Below, in pieces: positions 9,971 through 20,288 of a DNA stretch of 64,000 bases. The DNA is from a virus (lineage: Duplodnaviria; Caudoviricetes). The stretch's first letter is position 1, and each line of letters starts with the position of its first letter. The translations under genes were made by a program, and so were the position numbers. Where the stretch lies: positions 83,341-147,340 of the IMG/VR virus record IMGVR_UViG_3300020336_000481; one strand, 5' to 3'. Below the pieces are notes generated by a model, which ran no database searches, had not been told where the DNA came from, and was given only the letters and a program-made list of their open reading frames with translations.

Positions 9971-11490
9971 ATAAACAAATAAAAGAATTAATTATTTTTG
10001 GTGGCGGAACCAGTGGTTGGTTGACAGCGTCATACTTGGTAAAAAATTTACAGTCTCCTTGTAAAATTACACTTATAGAAGACGTGTCAGCAGGACCTAT
10101 TGGTGTAGGAGAAGGCACACAGCCTCTTACTGCAAAGTTTTTATTTGAATGTGGCATTGATCCTAAAAGGTGGATGAAGCCAAGTAATGCAGCATTCAAA
10201 TACGGAGTTGAGCTAACGGGCTGGAACGATATACCTTATTTTGTAGACAATGATACTCCTACTAACTATATGGCTTCACAAATTGATTTTATTAATAGAT
10301 ATTTTCATAACCAACCTTACGAAGAATATGCAAAATGGCATCCTGCATATAGATTAGCTAAGAAAAATGTAAGTCCTAAATTAGAAACAAACTTAGATGT
10401 TAGTTTTGGAATAGGACCAGAGGGGTTTGGTGCTGTACATTTTAGTGCATATGATATTATAGATACTCTTAAAAAAATAGTAGGTCCAAAAATTATTCAT
10501 GTAGATGCTAAAATAGTACAAGCAAAAACTAACTCCGAAGGCATAAGTGATCTTATAGACGATAAGGGTAACACATATACTGCAGATTTATTTTTAGATT
10601 GTAGTGGATTTAAAAGTGCATTGTTAGGCAAAGGAGTAAAAAGCGAATTTGTATCATATAAAGAACAAGGTTGGTTATTAAATGATAGTGCAGTAGCAAT
10701 GCCAACACAATATACTAATCCTCAAGAAGAGTGCCATCCGTATACAAAAGCTACTACAATGACAAGTGGTTGGCGTTGGACTATCCCAACATATAAAAGA
10801 ATTGGAAACGGATACGTTTATAGTAGTGATTTCTTAAGTGAAGAAGAAGCTGAAAAAGAATTAAGAGAATCAGTAAATGATTTTGAAACCCCTGTAAAAC
10901 ATTTAAAAATGAGATGTGGATCGCATAAAGAAGTTGCAAAGAAAAATGTAGTGGGCATTGGATTAGCGGCTGGATTTATTGAACCACTAGAAGCAACCGG
11001 CATAACATTTACAACATCTTTAGCTAAAAGTGTTACAGACTTATTAAATCTAAATGGAATGAATTGGGACGATAAAGTACGTGATTTTATTAATCAAGGC
11101 TTTTACGAAATGTCAACAGAAATACTTGCATTTGTATGGAGTCATTATCACTTTAGCAAAAAAGATGATACTCCTTATTGGAAAGCAATAAGAGAACAAA
11201 AACTTACAGATTTGCCTTCCGACGCTCAACATATTATTTCACAGTATTGGCCAAAGCCTAAACCGTTTTTATTCTTTAGTCAGCAATCTATGTTTACTAG
11301 TATTCAATGGTGGTCAATGATTCATGCAGGAGGAGGTTATAATACTTCTATTAGTTTAAGTGAAAAAGAAAAAGATTATTTTGAGTATTTTATAAAAAAT
11401 ACTAACAACAGAATAGAAATGGCTGAGGAGTTATTTCCCAATCATTATGAATTTTTAAAGGAGTGGTATGACGAATGGAAAATAAGTTAG
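9967..11490 (+). CDS. Flavin-dependent halogenase, tryptophan halogenase (PrnA/RebH) family
   Basis: GGGTSGW FAD motif, IGVGEGT, AFKYGV lysine, GWRWTIP, FIEPLEATG; ATGA overlap with upstream stop. Confidence 0.88.
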   Translation: MNKQIKELIIFGGGTSGWLTASYLVKNLQSPCKITLIEDVSAGPIGVGEGTQPLTAKFLFECGIDPKRWMKPSNAAFKYGVELTGWNDIPYFVDNDTPTNYMASQIDFINRYFHNQPYEEYAKWHPAYRLAKKNVSPKLETNLDVSFGIGPEGFGAVHFSAYDIIDTLKKIVGPKIIHVDAKIVQAKTNSEGISDLIDDKGNTYTADLFLDCSGFKSALLGKGVKSEFVSYKEQGWLLNDSAVAMPTQYTNPQEECHPYTKATTMTSGWRWTIPTYKRIGNGYVYSSDFLSEEEAEKELRESVNDFETPVKHLKMRCGSHKEVAKKNVVGIGLAAGFIEPLEATGITFTTSLAKSVTDLLNLNGMNWDDKVRDFINQGFYEMSTEILAFVWSHYHFSKKDDTPYWKAIREQKLTDLPSDAQHIISQYWPKPKPFLFFSQQSMFTSIQWWSMIHAGGGYNTSISLSEKEKDYFEYFIKNTNNRIEMAEELFPNHYEFLKEWYDEWKIS

Positions 11491-12056
11491 CACTAGTTCA
11501 TGCAGATTTATGGTCAAAAAGTAATGTTGGTACTATAGATCAACGACAAGATTTACTAAAACAAATTCTTGCAGCAAAACAAGAAGGCAGTGTAGAAATT
11601 CAAGAAAGCAATGCAGGATGCTGGAGGTCAAGAGTAGAATATGAAAATTTAGATTGGCTGTTTACAGATCTTAAAACAATAGTTCAAAATGCTAGTGAAT
11701 ATTACTTTGATATTGACGAAGTATTTAGAAGTAGAGTGGTTGACAAACAAGTTAAATTTAGTTATTGGACAAACGTAAACGAATATAATGCATCTAATGT
11801 ATTACATACACATAACAAAGACACGTTTACAGCTACATATTATCTACAAGGTAGTAGCACAGGAACACTTAATTTTGTAAATCCTGCTAACATGACTTTA
11901 GAATGTTCAAACATATCACCAATGACGAGATCTGTTGCTGTTCAACCAGAAGATGGAGATTTATTTGTGTGGCCAGGCTGGGTGCCACATGAAGTTGTAC
12001 CTAATCCTAGTCAAAGGCAACGAATTAATATTGCATTTAGTATACAAGTATCATGA
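11475..12056 (+). CDS. 2OG-Fe(II) oxygenase-like protein
   Basis: WTNVN, HTH, WPGWVPHEV, RINIAF. Confidence 0.75.
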   Translation: MENKLALVHADLWSKSNVGTIDQRQDLLKQILAAKQEGSVEIQESNAGCWRSRVEYENLDWLFTDLKTIVQNASEYYFDIDEVFRSRVVDKQVKFSYWTNVNEYNASNVLHTHNKDTFTATYYLQGSSTGTLNFVNPANMTLECSNISPMTRSVAVQPEDGDLFVWPGWVPHEVVPNPSQRQRINIAFSIQVS

Positions 12057-12799
12057 TTTTTAAAAAGAAAAATAAAATAGAGTTTTTTTCAAAAGTTCCT
12101 GGAGTAGCGGAAACATTTCCAATTATTCCTACATCTAAGTTTAAACCTAAATGGGTAGAAGCATGTAAAAACGACTTTATAAGAAATAAAGGTTCTAAAC
12201 AACCTAGTCACTTACAACTATGCCCTGGTATATTTGAAGTGTACAAATACGGGTACGTAGTTCCAATGTGGCATGATGTTACAATAAAAACTTTTAGAGA
12301 TAGGGAAGATTTTGAAGCTGGAACTCCTAGTAAGCATTTAAATGAAATGTATAACGGAGAAGTAGTAGGTACACATCCTTATGAAATAACAAAATGGCTA
12401 CCAAAAAGACCTTACAGTAAACATGCATTTGTTAAATTAAACACACCTTGGCATGTTATTGCTCCGCCTGGTGTAAAGTTTTTAGTTATACCTATCCCTT
12501 ATGCTGACAATTATGACTATGAAAGTGCTATCGGAATCTTAGACCCTTCAGTAAGTACAGAAGTAAATATCCAAGCATACTGGAATGTAAATGAAGGAGA
12601 AAGAAAAATATTTGCAGGAACACCTATGATGCAACTTGTTCCTATAAGTGAAAAGTCGTTTGATCTAGATGTAAGAGATGCGACAGAGCATGATAAAATA
12701 TGGTTAGACAAACGTACATACATATACATCTTTGGATACAAAGTTGATAAAGCAAAAATGAAAGAAGCATACTTAAAACATTTTGGAGGTAAAAAATGA
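12053..12799 (+). CDS. Hypothetical protein, possible dUTPase-like beta fold; paralog of 13211-13969
   Basis: Shared CPGI, K-x-x-TPW, P-x-PY, GTP-x-x-Q motifs. Confidence 0.5.
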   Translation: MIFKKKNKIEFFSKVPGVAETFPIIPTSKFKPKWVEACKNDFIRNKGSKQPSHLQLCPGIFEVYKYGYVVPMWHDVTIKTFRDREDFEAGTPSKHLNEMYNGEVVGTHPYEITKWLPKRPYSKHAFVKLNTPWHVIAPPGVKFLVIPIPYADNYDYESAIGILDPSVSTEVNIQAYWNVNEGERKIFAGTPMMQLVPISEKSFDLDVRDATEHDKIWLDKRTYIYIFGYKVDKAKMKEAYLKHFGGKK

Positions 12800-13218
12800 T
12801 ACACGAATTAGTTACTAATGAATTAGTAATCTATACACAAGAACTAAGAGACGCAAAAGATGATGTGTACAAACAACGTAAAGTACAGAAAGATAGGAAG
12901 AAAGCGGCAATGTGGTTACGCTTGTGGTTAGATCATCAAGAAATCTATTTAACATGGGAAGATGACAACGGAAATGATGTAAGTTCTATTGCAAGTACTA
13001 CATGTGAATGGGAAGAACCCCCTATGTTTCCCACAACACCAATGTCAATAGAAATTATTCATGGTGAAGAAGTAGAAGAAGATCAGTATATAAGATTTTA
13101 TCAAAAACCTTCTGTTACACCTACAGCAGTACATATTGATAAGATTAAAAATTGGGTAACAACTAATAACGATATTAAAAAACTGTCAGAAATATTTGGT
13201 AAAAATTTATATGCTTAA
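12796..13218 (+). CDS. Hypothetical protein
   Basis: 140 aa ORF, GGAGG RBS, ATGA overlap. Confidence 0.55.
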   Translation: MIHELVTNELVIYTQELRDAKDDVYKQRKVQKDRKKAAMWLRLWLDHQEIYLTWEDDNGNDVSSIASTTCEWEEPPMFPTTPMSIEIIHGEEVEEDQYIRFYQKPSVTPTAVHIDKIKNWVTTNNDIKKLSEIFGKNLYA

Positions 13219-13969
13219 TTTTTTTAGTAAAAAACCTAAATTAGAATTTGTTTCTTTAATGCCAGAAGTTGCAGAATTAATGCCTATCATCCCTGCACGA
13301 GAACAAAATTTTAAATGGACAAAGTCTGCCTTAGATCATTACAAAAAAATTAAAAAAGAAACTCCAGAGCAAGATTCATTTCATCACATAGCAAAGTGCC
13401 CAGGTATTTTAAATGTGATGAAGCAAGGATGGATACATAGAAGCTATCAAGATATATTTGTAAAAATAGAAAATGATCAGTTTGGTTGGAAAACACCTAT
13501 AGACCAAAGTAAAGCAGATGTAGGTCATAAGTGGACATGGCCTTATCTTGGGTTACATGATAAAGATATTATGGGTCCGTATTGTTTAGAAAGAGGAGCA
13601 TATCATTCAATAGTAAAAATACAAACACCGTGGCTTGTTTATGTTCCTAAAGGATATCAATTACTAATTACGCCTTTGCCGTATCCTGATATACATAAGT
13701 TTGAATCAACTACAGGATTTTTAAATGGTGGAGAAGGACCACAGTTTTTAAATGTACAACTGTTTTGGTATGCACATAACGAAGAAGTTTTTATACCAAA
13801 AGGTACTCCGTTATGTCAATACCATTTAATTAAAAAAGAAGAAATAGAAGTTGAACAAAGAGCATACACAGAAAACGATTTAAAAAATTTACGTAAAAGA
13901 AATAATGTTGTAACTAGTAAGTTCAATAAAACATACAGTGATTTAAGGAAGATAACATGGAAAACTTAA
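13211..13969 (+). CDS. Hypothetical protein, paralog of 12053-12799
   Basis: KCPGILNVMKQGW, KIQTPWLVYVPKG, PKGTPLCQY. Confidence 0.5.
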   Translation: MLNFFSKKPKLEFVSLMPEVAELMPIIPAREQNFKWTKSALDHYKKIKKETPEQDSFHHIAKCPGILNVMKQGWIHRSYQDIFVKIENDQFGWKTPIDQSKADVGHKWTWPYLGLHDKDIMGPYCLERGAYHSIVKIQTPWLVYVPKGYQLLITPLPYPDIHKFESTTGFLNGGEGPQFLNVQLFWYAHNEEVFIPKGTPLCQYHLIKKEEIEVEQRAYTENDLKNLRKRNNVVTSKFNKTYSDLRKITWKT

Positions 13970-14550
13970 CTTTAGAAGACTTTATCTTAGTAAAAAAGAA
14001 TGCAATTAGTCCAGCAGATTGCAGAAAAGTTACTAATTATTTTGACGAAATGCAAAAATTAAACTTGACGTTTGATAGGCATCAGTTGCGTGATAGTCCT
14101 GGACATGAAAAGAAAGACGAAACATGTTTTCCAATGGAGCCTGATACATTAGCATTGCCAAAAACACATCCTGTATTACATACTATTGTAACTTCTGTAA
14201 AAGAAGCAATGAGTGACTATATTGTTGAATATAGTATTTTACAAGATACAAGTAGTCACGGAATTAGAAGTTGTAGAATACAAAAAACAGCAAAAGGCGG
14301 CGGATATCATAGATGGCATTTTGAAAGCGAAGGATTACCTTCATGTAATAGATTTTTAGTTTTTTCAATATACTTAAATAATGTTATGCAAGGTGGCGAA
14401 ACAGAATTTTTATATCAGTCTAAAAGAATTGAGCCAGAAGAAGGCACACTACTAATATGGCCTGCTGGTTTTACACACGTACACCGAGGTAATCCTCCAC
14501 TTAGTGGTAATAAATATATAGCAACAGGTTGGATTGAATACTTTGAATAA
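13957..14550 (+). CDS. Prolyl-4-hydroxylase-like 2OG-Fe(II) oxygenase
   Basis: YHRWHFE, IYLN, GGETEF, WPAGFTHVHRG, KYIATGW. Confidence 0.85.
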   Translation: MENLTLEDFILVKKNAISPADCRKVTNYFDEMQKLNLTFDRHQLRDSPGHEKKDETCFPMEPDTLALPKTHPVLHTIVTSVKEAMSDYIVEYSILQDTSSHGIRSCRIQKTAKGGGYHRWHFESEGLPSCNRFLVFSIYLNNVMQGGETEFLYQSKRIEPEEGTLLIWPAGFTHVHRGNPPLSGNKYIATGWIEYFE

Positions 14551-14815
14551 AAAAGAATTATATAATATACTAGGTGTAGATCCTAGTTGTTCTAAAAAAG
14601 AACTTAAAACAGCTTTTCGCAAATTAGCTGCACAACACCATCCTGACAAAGGTGGCGATGTAGAAATATTTAAAAAAATTAAATCAGCATTTGAGTTATT
14701 ATCATTAGATAAAGAGTCTAACTTACCAACTAGACAAAGTAAACCTCAAGATGATTGGTTTAACTCAATGTTTGGTGGAAAAACAGGACCTTATAAACGC
14801 AATGGCATTTCATAA
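14534..14815 (+). CDS. J-domain (DnaJ-like) protein
   Basis: LYNILGV...AFRKLAAQHHPDKGG with HPD motif. Confidence 0.85.
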   Translation: MNTLNKKELYNILGVDPSCSKKELKTAFRKLAAQHHPDKGGDVEIFKKIKSAFELLSLDKESNLPTRQSKPQDDWFNSMFGGKTGPYKRNGIS

Positions 14816-15014
14816 AGCAGAACTTATAATTAATAGCCATAAAGATACGTATTTTAGTAATAAAGCACACGAACATATTTTACAGTTTGAAAAACGATAT
14901 TATTACATAAATTTTAAATTATCACATGATAAAACTTTTGTTACATTTGATAATGACGAATCCTTAGAACAGTTTAAAAAGCACTGGAAACACTACCTTC
15001 GCGTTGTATACTAA
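14751..15014 (+). CDS. Small hypothetical protein
   Basis: ORF fills the gap to the next promoter; start uncertain. Confidence 0.4.
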   Translation: MIGLTQCLVEKQDLINAMAFHKAELIINSHKDTYFSNKAHEHILQFEKRYYYINFKLSHDKTFVTFDNDESLEQFKKHWKHYLRVVY

Positions 15015-15048
15015 TTAACGATAAATACATTAGTTAAAGGATAGATAT

Positions 15049-16566
15049 ATGGCAAGTGATCCAATTGTAAATAGAATTCGTATTATTCCTCGCCCCGACG
15101 GTTTTCTTGATCGTAATGTAGGCTCGAGTGGAGAAGTATTCTATGACAAACAAGCAAATACTTTAAGGCTATATGATGGCAAGTTAGCTGGCGGCTATAC
15201 ATTATTAACATCAGGAAATTTATCACAACAACTTAGTGCATCTGGAGTTGCTGTTTTAGAAAAAACTGTTACTGTAGGAGTTGACACAGTAGCAAGTCAA
15301 GGATCCGGTGTATTTTATATTGACGGTGTAGAAAAACCTCAACTTAATTTAGTTAGAGGATACACGTATGTCTTTGATCAAAGCGATGCAACTAACGAAA
15401 ACTATGCTAGTTTATACCACCCATTAATGTTTAGTACAGTAGAGAACGGTGAACTTGCAGGTGGTGGACATTATAATACAGGTGTTGTTTATTTGTTAGA
15501 TGATGATCCTGTTACAATGGCAAAATATGTGTCAGGATTTCAAGCAGCTACTACAAGAAAAGTTTTACTTACAGTAAAAACTAGCACACCTAATTCACTT
15601 TTTTATTGGTGTCATTTTCATTTAAATCAAGGAAACAGTATTACAGTTGCAGACCCAGGAACAGGCTCTGGCAGCGGTGGAGGCGGTGGATCAGCTAGTG
15701 TAGAAGTTTCTGACACAGTACCAGCTACTCCTACATCAGGTAATATATGGTTTAATAGTTCAAGTGGTAGATTGTATGTATACGCAGGCGACACAGATAG
15801 TAATCAATGGGTGCAACCAACTGTGCCGGTTTTTCCAACATTTAAAACAGTAGCAATTAAAGACAGCGATAGTGCTACAATAGTAGCATCATCAGTAGCT
15901 GATACACTTACCTTTGAACAAGGTACTGGAATAGATTTACAAATTAATAGTGCTACAAATACTCTTACAATTACTTCTGCTTCAAGCAGCAGTGTAGGTA
16001 ATTTTAGTTTTGCATCTAGTATTATTGATACAGATGATAGTAGTAGTATTATAATTACACCCAGTGTTACAGTAAGTAGCGACTTAACTGTAGAAAATGA
16101 TTTAGTTGTAAACAACACATTGTCTGCAAAACAGTTTATTAATACAAGTATAGGAGCACCAATATTAGATAGTGCATCAACACTTTCATTTGTTGCCCCA
16201 GATGGTGTATTAATAAGAGGTGAATTAAAATTAGAAAACAATAACATCACAGGCGTAGGTACAATTAACAATGAACCTACACCTTTTATCATGGGAGTGC
16301 TAGATGGTAGCACAAACGCATGGTCAGGAGGAGGAGTTTCAGGAATAGTTGATAATGCCGTAGGCGATCATACACTAACATTTACTTCAAATCTTGGTAC
16401 CACTGTAGACGATTTCCAAGTACTTGCAACAGTGCAAGATAAAACAGCTGGCCACAGTTGTGTAATATCAAAACCAGCTGTAAATCAAATTAGAGTTAAT
16501 GTAGATAATTTATCAGGAACAGGAGTAGATTCCAAGGTATTTCTTGTAATTTATAAAACAGCATAA
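15049..16566 (+). CDS. Virion fibre protein with cupredoxin-like motif
   Basis: LVRGYTYVFDQS..HPL..YWCHFHLNQG; S/T-rich shaft; TAAATA at 15022-15027. Confidence 0.6.
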   Translation: MASDPIVNRIRIIPRPDGFLDRNVGSSGEVFYDKQANTLRLYDGKLAGGYTLLTSGNLSQQLSASGVAVLEKTVTVGVDTVASQGSGVFYIDGVEKPQLNLVRGYTYVFDQSDATNENYASLYHPLMFSTVENGELAGGGHYNTGVVYLLDDDPVTMAKYVSGFQAATTRKVLLTVKTSTPNSLFYWCHFHLNQGNSITVADPGTGSGSGGGGGSASVEVSDTVPATPTSGNIWFNSSSGRLYVYAGDTDSNQWVQPTVPVFPTFKTVAIKDSDSATIVASSVADTLTFEQGTGIDLQINSATNTLTITSASSSSVGNFSFASSIIDTDDSSSIIITPSVTVSSDLTVENDLVVNNTLSAKQFINTSIGAPILDSASTLSFVAPDGVLIRGELKLENNNITGVGTINNEPTPFIMGVLDGSTNAWSGGGVSGIVDNAVGDHTLTFTSNLGTTVDDFQVLATVQDKTAGHSCVISKPAVNQIRVNVDNLSGTGVDSKVFLVIYKTA

Positions 16567-18167
16567 TGAGTGAAAAAGAATATATTGTAGTAGTAAAAAA
16601 AGGTGTAGACTTAGAAGTATTTGATGCTGATTTAGCATCAGATACTGGTGACAGTACTATTCCTGAAAGAGCTGTTACAGTAGCAAATCCTAGACTAGGA
16701 TCAAAGAGAATGACACACTGGATGCTTACAGACGATGAAGCACAAGCCCTAAAAAACGATCCAAGAGTACTTGATGTAGAAATCCCTGTTGAGCAACGCG
16801 ACGATATAGTTATACACCCACGTGCAATACAAACCGGAACGTTTAACAAAACAAATTCTTCAACAGGCATTAATTGGGGTCTAAACAGATGCGTAAGTGC
16901 TTCTAATAATTGGCCTTCAACTATCACAGAAAAAGTAGCGGCTGAGTATCCTTATGCATTAGACGGTACAGGTGTAGATGTTGTTATACAAGATAGCGGC
17001 ATTGAACCTAATCATCCTGAATGGCAAGACACTAATAGCAATTCAAGATTAAAACAAATTGATTGGTTTACAGAAAGTGGTATCTCAGGAACACAATCTG
17101 CAAGTTTTTATAGTGATACAGACGGACACGGTACTCATTGTGCAGGAATTAGTGCAGGCAAAACTTATGGCTGGGCAAAGAATGCACATATATATGCACA
17201 AAAGGTCTCAGGATTAGAAGGTCCAGCAGATAGCAGTGGTATCAGTACGGCAAACTGCTTTGATACAATACGATTATGGCACTCTGCAAAAACTAACGGC
17301 AGACCTACAGTTGTAAACATGAGTTGGGGATATTCTACAACATTAATTGGAACCCCTGATCCTACTAGCGGTACGCATTATAATGACAACACCGGTGTTA
17401 TGGATACATGGACTTATGGTGATACAGGTTATACTACAGATAACAATATTTGGCAAAATACAGGATTTGTGCCTAATCAAAGAAGCGGTAATAGAACAAT
17501 ACCTGTAAGACTATCAAGTGTAGATGCAGAAATAGATGATATGATTGATGCTGGAATACATGTTATAATTGCAGCTGGAAATGATTACACAGTTAGTGCT
17601 AAAGATACTGCTACTGCCGCAGATCATTTTAATGACAGCATACAAATAGGCGGAGTAACTTATTATTATCATAGAGGCTCTAGTCCAAGATCTACAACTA
17701 ATGAAGGTTTAGTAGTGGGAAGTATAGATGCTGATCTACAAGGTGAGTCAGATAAAATTGCACCATATTCTACAAGAGGCCCAGCAGTTGATATTCTTGC
17801 TCCTGGTTCTAACATAGTTTCAGCTTGTAGTACTGCAAGTATATACACAACGGCAGCTTACCCTCCAGATACAACTTACAAAATTACAAATATTGATGGT
17901 ACGAGTTTTGCAGCTCCACAAGTTGCAGGATTAGCAGCTCTTTATTTACAAGTACTTCCAAACTTAACTACAAGCGAATTAAAAACAAAAATACTTAATG
18001 ATTCATTAAGTGTTGTATATGATAACCCTAATGCATATCAAGGTCCGCCTTTAAATTATTTAAATTATGGTAACGGACTATACGGAACTCCAAATAAAAT
18101 GATGTTTAGTAAATATGGCCGTAATTCATCTTTTGAAATAAAAGGTAGTCTTAATGTTAACATGTAA
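16566..18167 (+). CDS. Subtilisin-like serine protease (S8)
   Basis: Triad motifs VVIQDSG, HGTHCAG, GTSFAAPQVAG; oxyanion AAGN. Confidence 0.92.
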   Translation: MSEKEYIVVVKKGVDLEVFDADLASDTGDSTIPERAVTVANPRLGSKRMTHWMLTDDEAQALKNDPRVLDVEIPVEQRDDIVIHPRAIQTGTFNKTNSSTGINWGLNRCVSASNNWPSTITEKVAAEYPYALDGTGVDVVIQDSGIEPNHPEWQDTNSNSRLKQIDWFTESGISGTQSASFYSDTDGHGTHCAGISAGKTYGWAKNAHIYAQKVSGLEGPADSSGISTANCFDTIRLWHSAKTNGRPTVVNMSWGYSTTLIGTPDPTSGTHYNDNTGVMDTWTYGDTGYTTDNNIWQNTGFVPNQRSGNRTIPVRLSSVDAEIDDMIDAGIHVIIAAGNDYTVSAKDTATAADHFNDSIQIGGVTYYYHRGSSPRSTTNEGLVVGSIDADLQGESDKIAPYSTRGPAVDILAPGSNIVSACSTASIYTTAAYPPDTTYKITNIDGTSFAAPQVAGLAALYLQVLPNLTTSELKTKILNDSLSVVYDNPNAYQGPPLNYLNYGNGLYGTPNKMMFSKYGRNSSFEIKGSLNVNM

Positions 18168-18190
18168 TAAATATACAAAAGAGGTAATCA

Positions 18191-20032
18191 ATGGCTATTA
18201 ATTTTCCAAATACCCCAGTAGTAGATGACATATACACAGAAGGTGGTTCATCTTGGCAATGGGACGGTACTGCGTGGAATGCTTTAGGTGCAGGTATTAC
18301 ACCTCCTAGTGTAGATCAATTTAAAACGTTTAATGCTGATACAGGTACTACTACAGCAAATACACAAAACGATGTGCTTACAGTAGCAGGTGGCACTGAT
18401 GTAACTACTAGTATAACAGGCGATATACTAACTATTAATGCATCAGTATCTGCGGGAGACTCAAATCAAAATGCATTTAGTAATGTAGGTACCGATGCAG
18501 GAACAGTTGTTGCATCAACTACGACAGATACTTTTAATATTCAAGGTGGTACCAAAATAGCTACCCAAGCAAATGATAAAACTATCACTATTGATGTTGA
18601 TAATTTAGGCATAAATGATCTAATAGACGTTGATACAGCATCAAGTGCTCCATCTAGTGGACAAGTGTTAAAATGGAACGGCGTTAATTGGGCTCCTGGA
18701 ACAGATGCAACATCAGGCGGTGGTGGATCAGATGCTGATACCTTAGACGGATTTGATGGAAGTTATTATTTAAATTATAACAATTTAAGTAACAGACCTA
18801 ATATCAATAGTTTTACAACAGTTACAGTAAACGGACAAAATAACGTTGTTGCAGATGCTGCAAGTGATACAATAACTTATGTTGCAGGCTCAGGAATTAG
18901 TCTTACTACAAATGCTGTGACAGACTCTATTACATTTGAAAACTCTGCACCAAACGTTGATCAAAATATTTTTAAGACTTTTAATGCAGACAGTGGCACA
19001 ACAACAGCAAATTCTACAACTGATACACTAACTATAGCAGGCGGTACTGGATTAACTTCAAATCTTGTAGGAGATACACTAACTCTTAATGTAAATTCTT
19101 CGTTAAGTTTTGCAGGCGAAACAACTCTTAATGCTGGTAGTAACAATCTTAATTTAAGTACAACTAATGGCGATGTTATGGTTAGTGCTAACGGCGGAAG
19201 AGTATCAATAGAATCAGCCGTTGGCAACTTAGAAATACTAAACACAGCAGCTAGTCCAGCAAATGTAAAAATACAATCTGCTGGCGGCGTAATTTTTAGT
19301 AACGGAACTACGCAATATATTTTTCCAGTAAATGACGGCACCGCAGACCAAGTGCTACAAACAAATGGTTCAGGTGTATTATCATTTGCAGATGTATCCG
19401 GTGGTGGTGGAGGAGAATCTAATCAAAATGCATTTAGTACTATTGCGGTAGCAGGACAAAGTAATATTGAAGCTGATACTGCAACAGATACATTAAATGT
19501 AGCTGCAGGTGCAGGTATTTCTCTTACTAATACTCCTGGAACAGACACAATAACAATAACAAATACAGTATCGGCAGGTGCGGCAAACTTTATACAATTA
19601 GGTGACATTGCACAGTCATTAGCATCAGGATATGGTAGTAACTTAACACCAGATCAAATATTTGAAAATGCTATTGTTACTTTAAGAGTTGGCGCAACTG
19701 GCAACAACAGTGCATACTTGTTTAACAGTCATTACAGTGGAAACAATCCAACAATATATGCACTAAGCGGAACTACTATTGCATTTGATTTAACAGGTAG
19801 TGCAGGACATCCTTTCGAAATTCAAGATGGTACTGGCACAGCTTACAACATAGGATTAGTACACGTTGGTGGTGACGGTTCAGTTAATACAGGGTCAAAT
19901 GCTCAAAATAAAGAGTTTGGAACATTATATTGGAGAATACCGGAATCAATTTCCGGCGGTTATAGATATCAATGTACAGCTCATGCACCAATGGTTGGTT
20001 CTATACAAGTTAAACGTTTCTCAGCTATTTAG
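18191..20032 (+). CDS. Tail fibre with internal repeats and C-terminal cupredoxin-like motif
   Basis: Repeats FKTFNADxGTTTAN x2 and SNQNAFS x2; GHPF...YQCTAHAPMVG. Confidence 0.65.
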   Translation: MAINFPNTPVVDDIYTEGGSSWQWDGTAWNALGAGITPPSVDQFKTFNADTGTTTANTQNDVLTVAGGTDVTTSITGDILTINASVSAGDSNQNAFSNVGTDAGTVVASTTTDTFNIQGGTKIATQANDKTITIDVDNLGINDLIDVDTASSAPSSGQVLKWNGVNWAPGTDATSGGGGSDADTLDGFDGSYYLNYNNLSNRPNINSFTTVTVNGQNNVVADAASDTITYVAGSGISLTTNAVTDSITFENSAPNVDQNIFKTFNADSGTTTANSTTDTLTIAGGTGLTSNLVGDTLTLNVNSSLSFAGETTLNAGSNNLNLSTTNGDVMVSANGGRVSIESAVGNLEILNTAASPANVKIQSAGGVIFSNGTTQYIFPVNDGTADQVLQTNGSGVLSFADVSGGGGGESNQNAFSTIAVAGQSNIEADTATDTLNVAAGAGISLTNTPGTDTITITNTVSAGAANFIQLGDIAQSLASGYGSNLTPDQIFENAIVTLRVGATGNNSAYLFNSHYSGNNPTIYALSGTTIAFDLTGSAGHPFEIQDGTGTAYNIGLVHVGGDGSVNTGSNAQNKEFGTLYWRIPESISGGYRYQCTAHAPMVGSIQVKRFSAI

Positions 20033-20288
20033 AATCTTTAATTATTTTTTCAATTTCAGCAACACAATCGTGAATTTTAATTCTAGTGTCACGCAAATTT
20101 TGCGGTTTAATATAACCGTTTAGTGTTGTATCGTGTACAGTATTAACTTCGGTAGCATGTTCTTGTAGTTCAGATACTAAGTTCATTACCATGATTTTTG
20201 CTTTAGGATTATGAGTATTTTGAATAAATCTATTAAAACGTTTTAAATCGTATACAAATTTTTCTTCTTTAAATAAATCGTAAATCAT
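20025..20288 (-). CDS. Hypothetical protein
   Basis: 87 aa ORF in minus-strand operon. Confidence 0.5.
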   Translation of the reverse strand: MIYDLFKEEKFVYDLKRFNRFIQNTHNPKAKIMVMNLVSELQEHATEVNTVHDTTLNGYIKPQNLRDTRIKIHDCVAEIEKIIKDSK

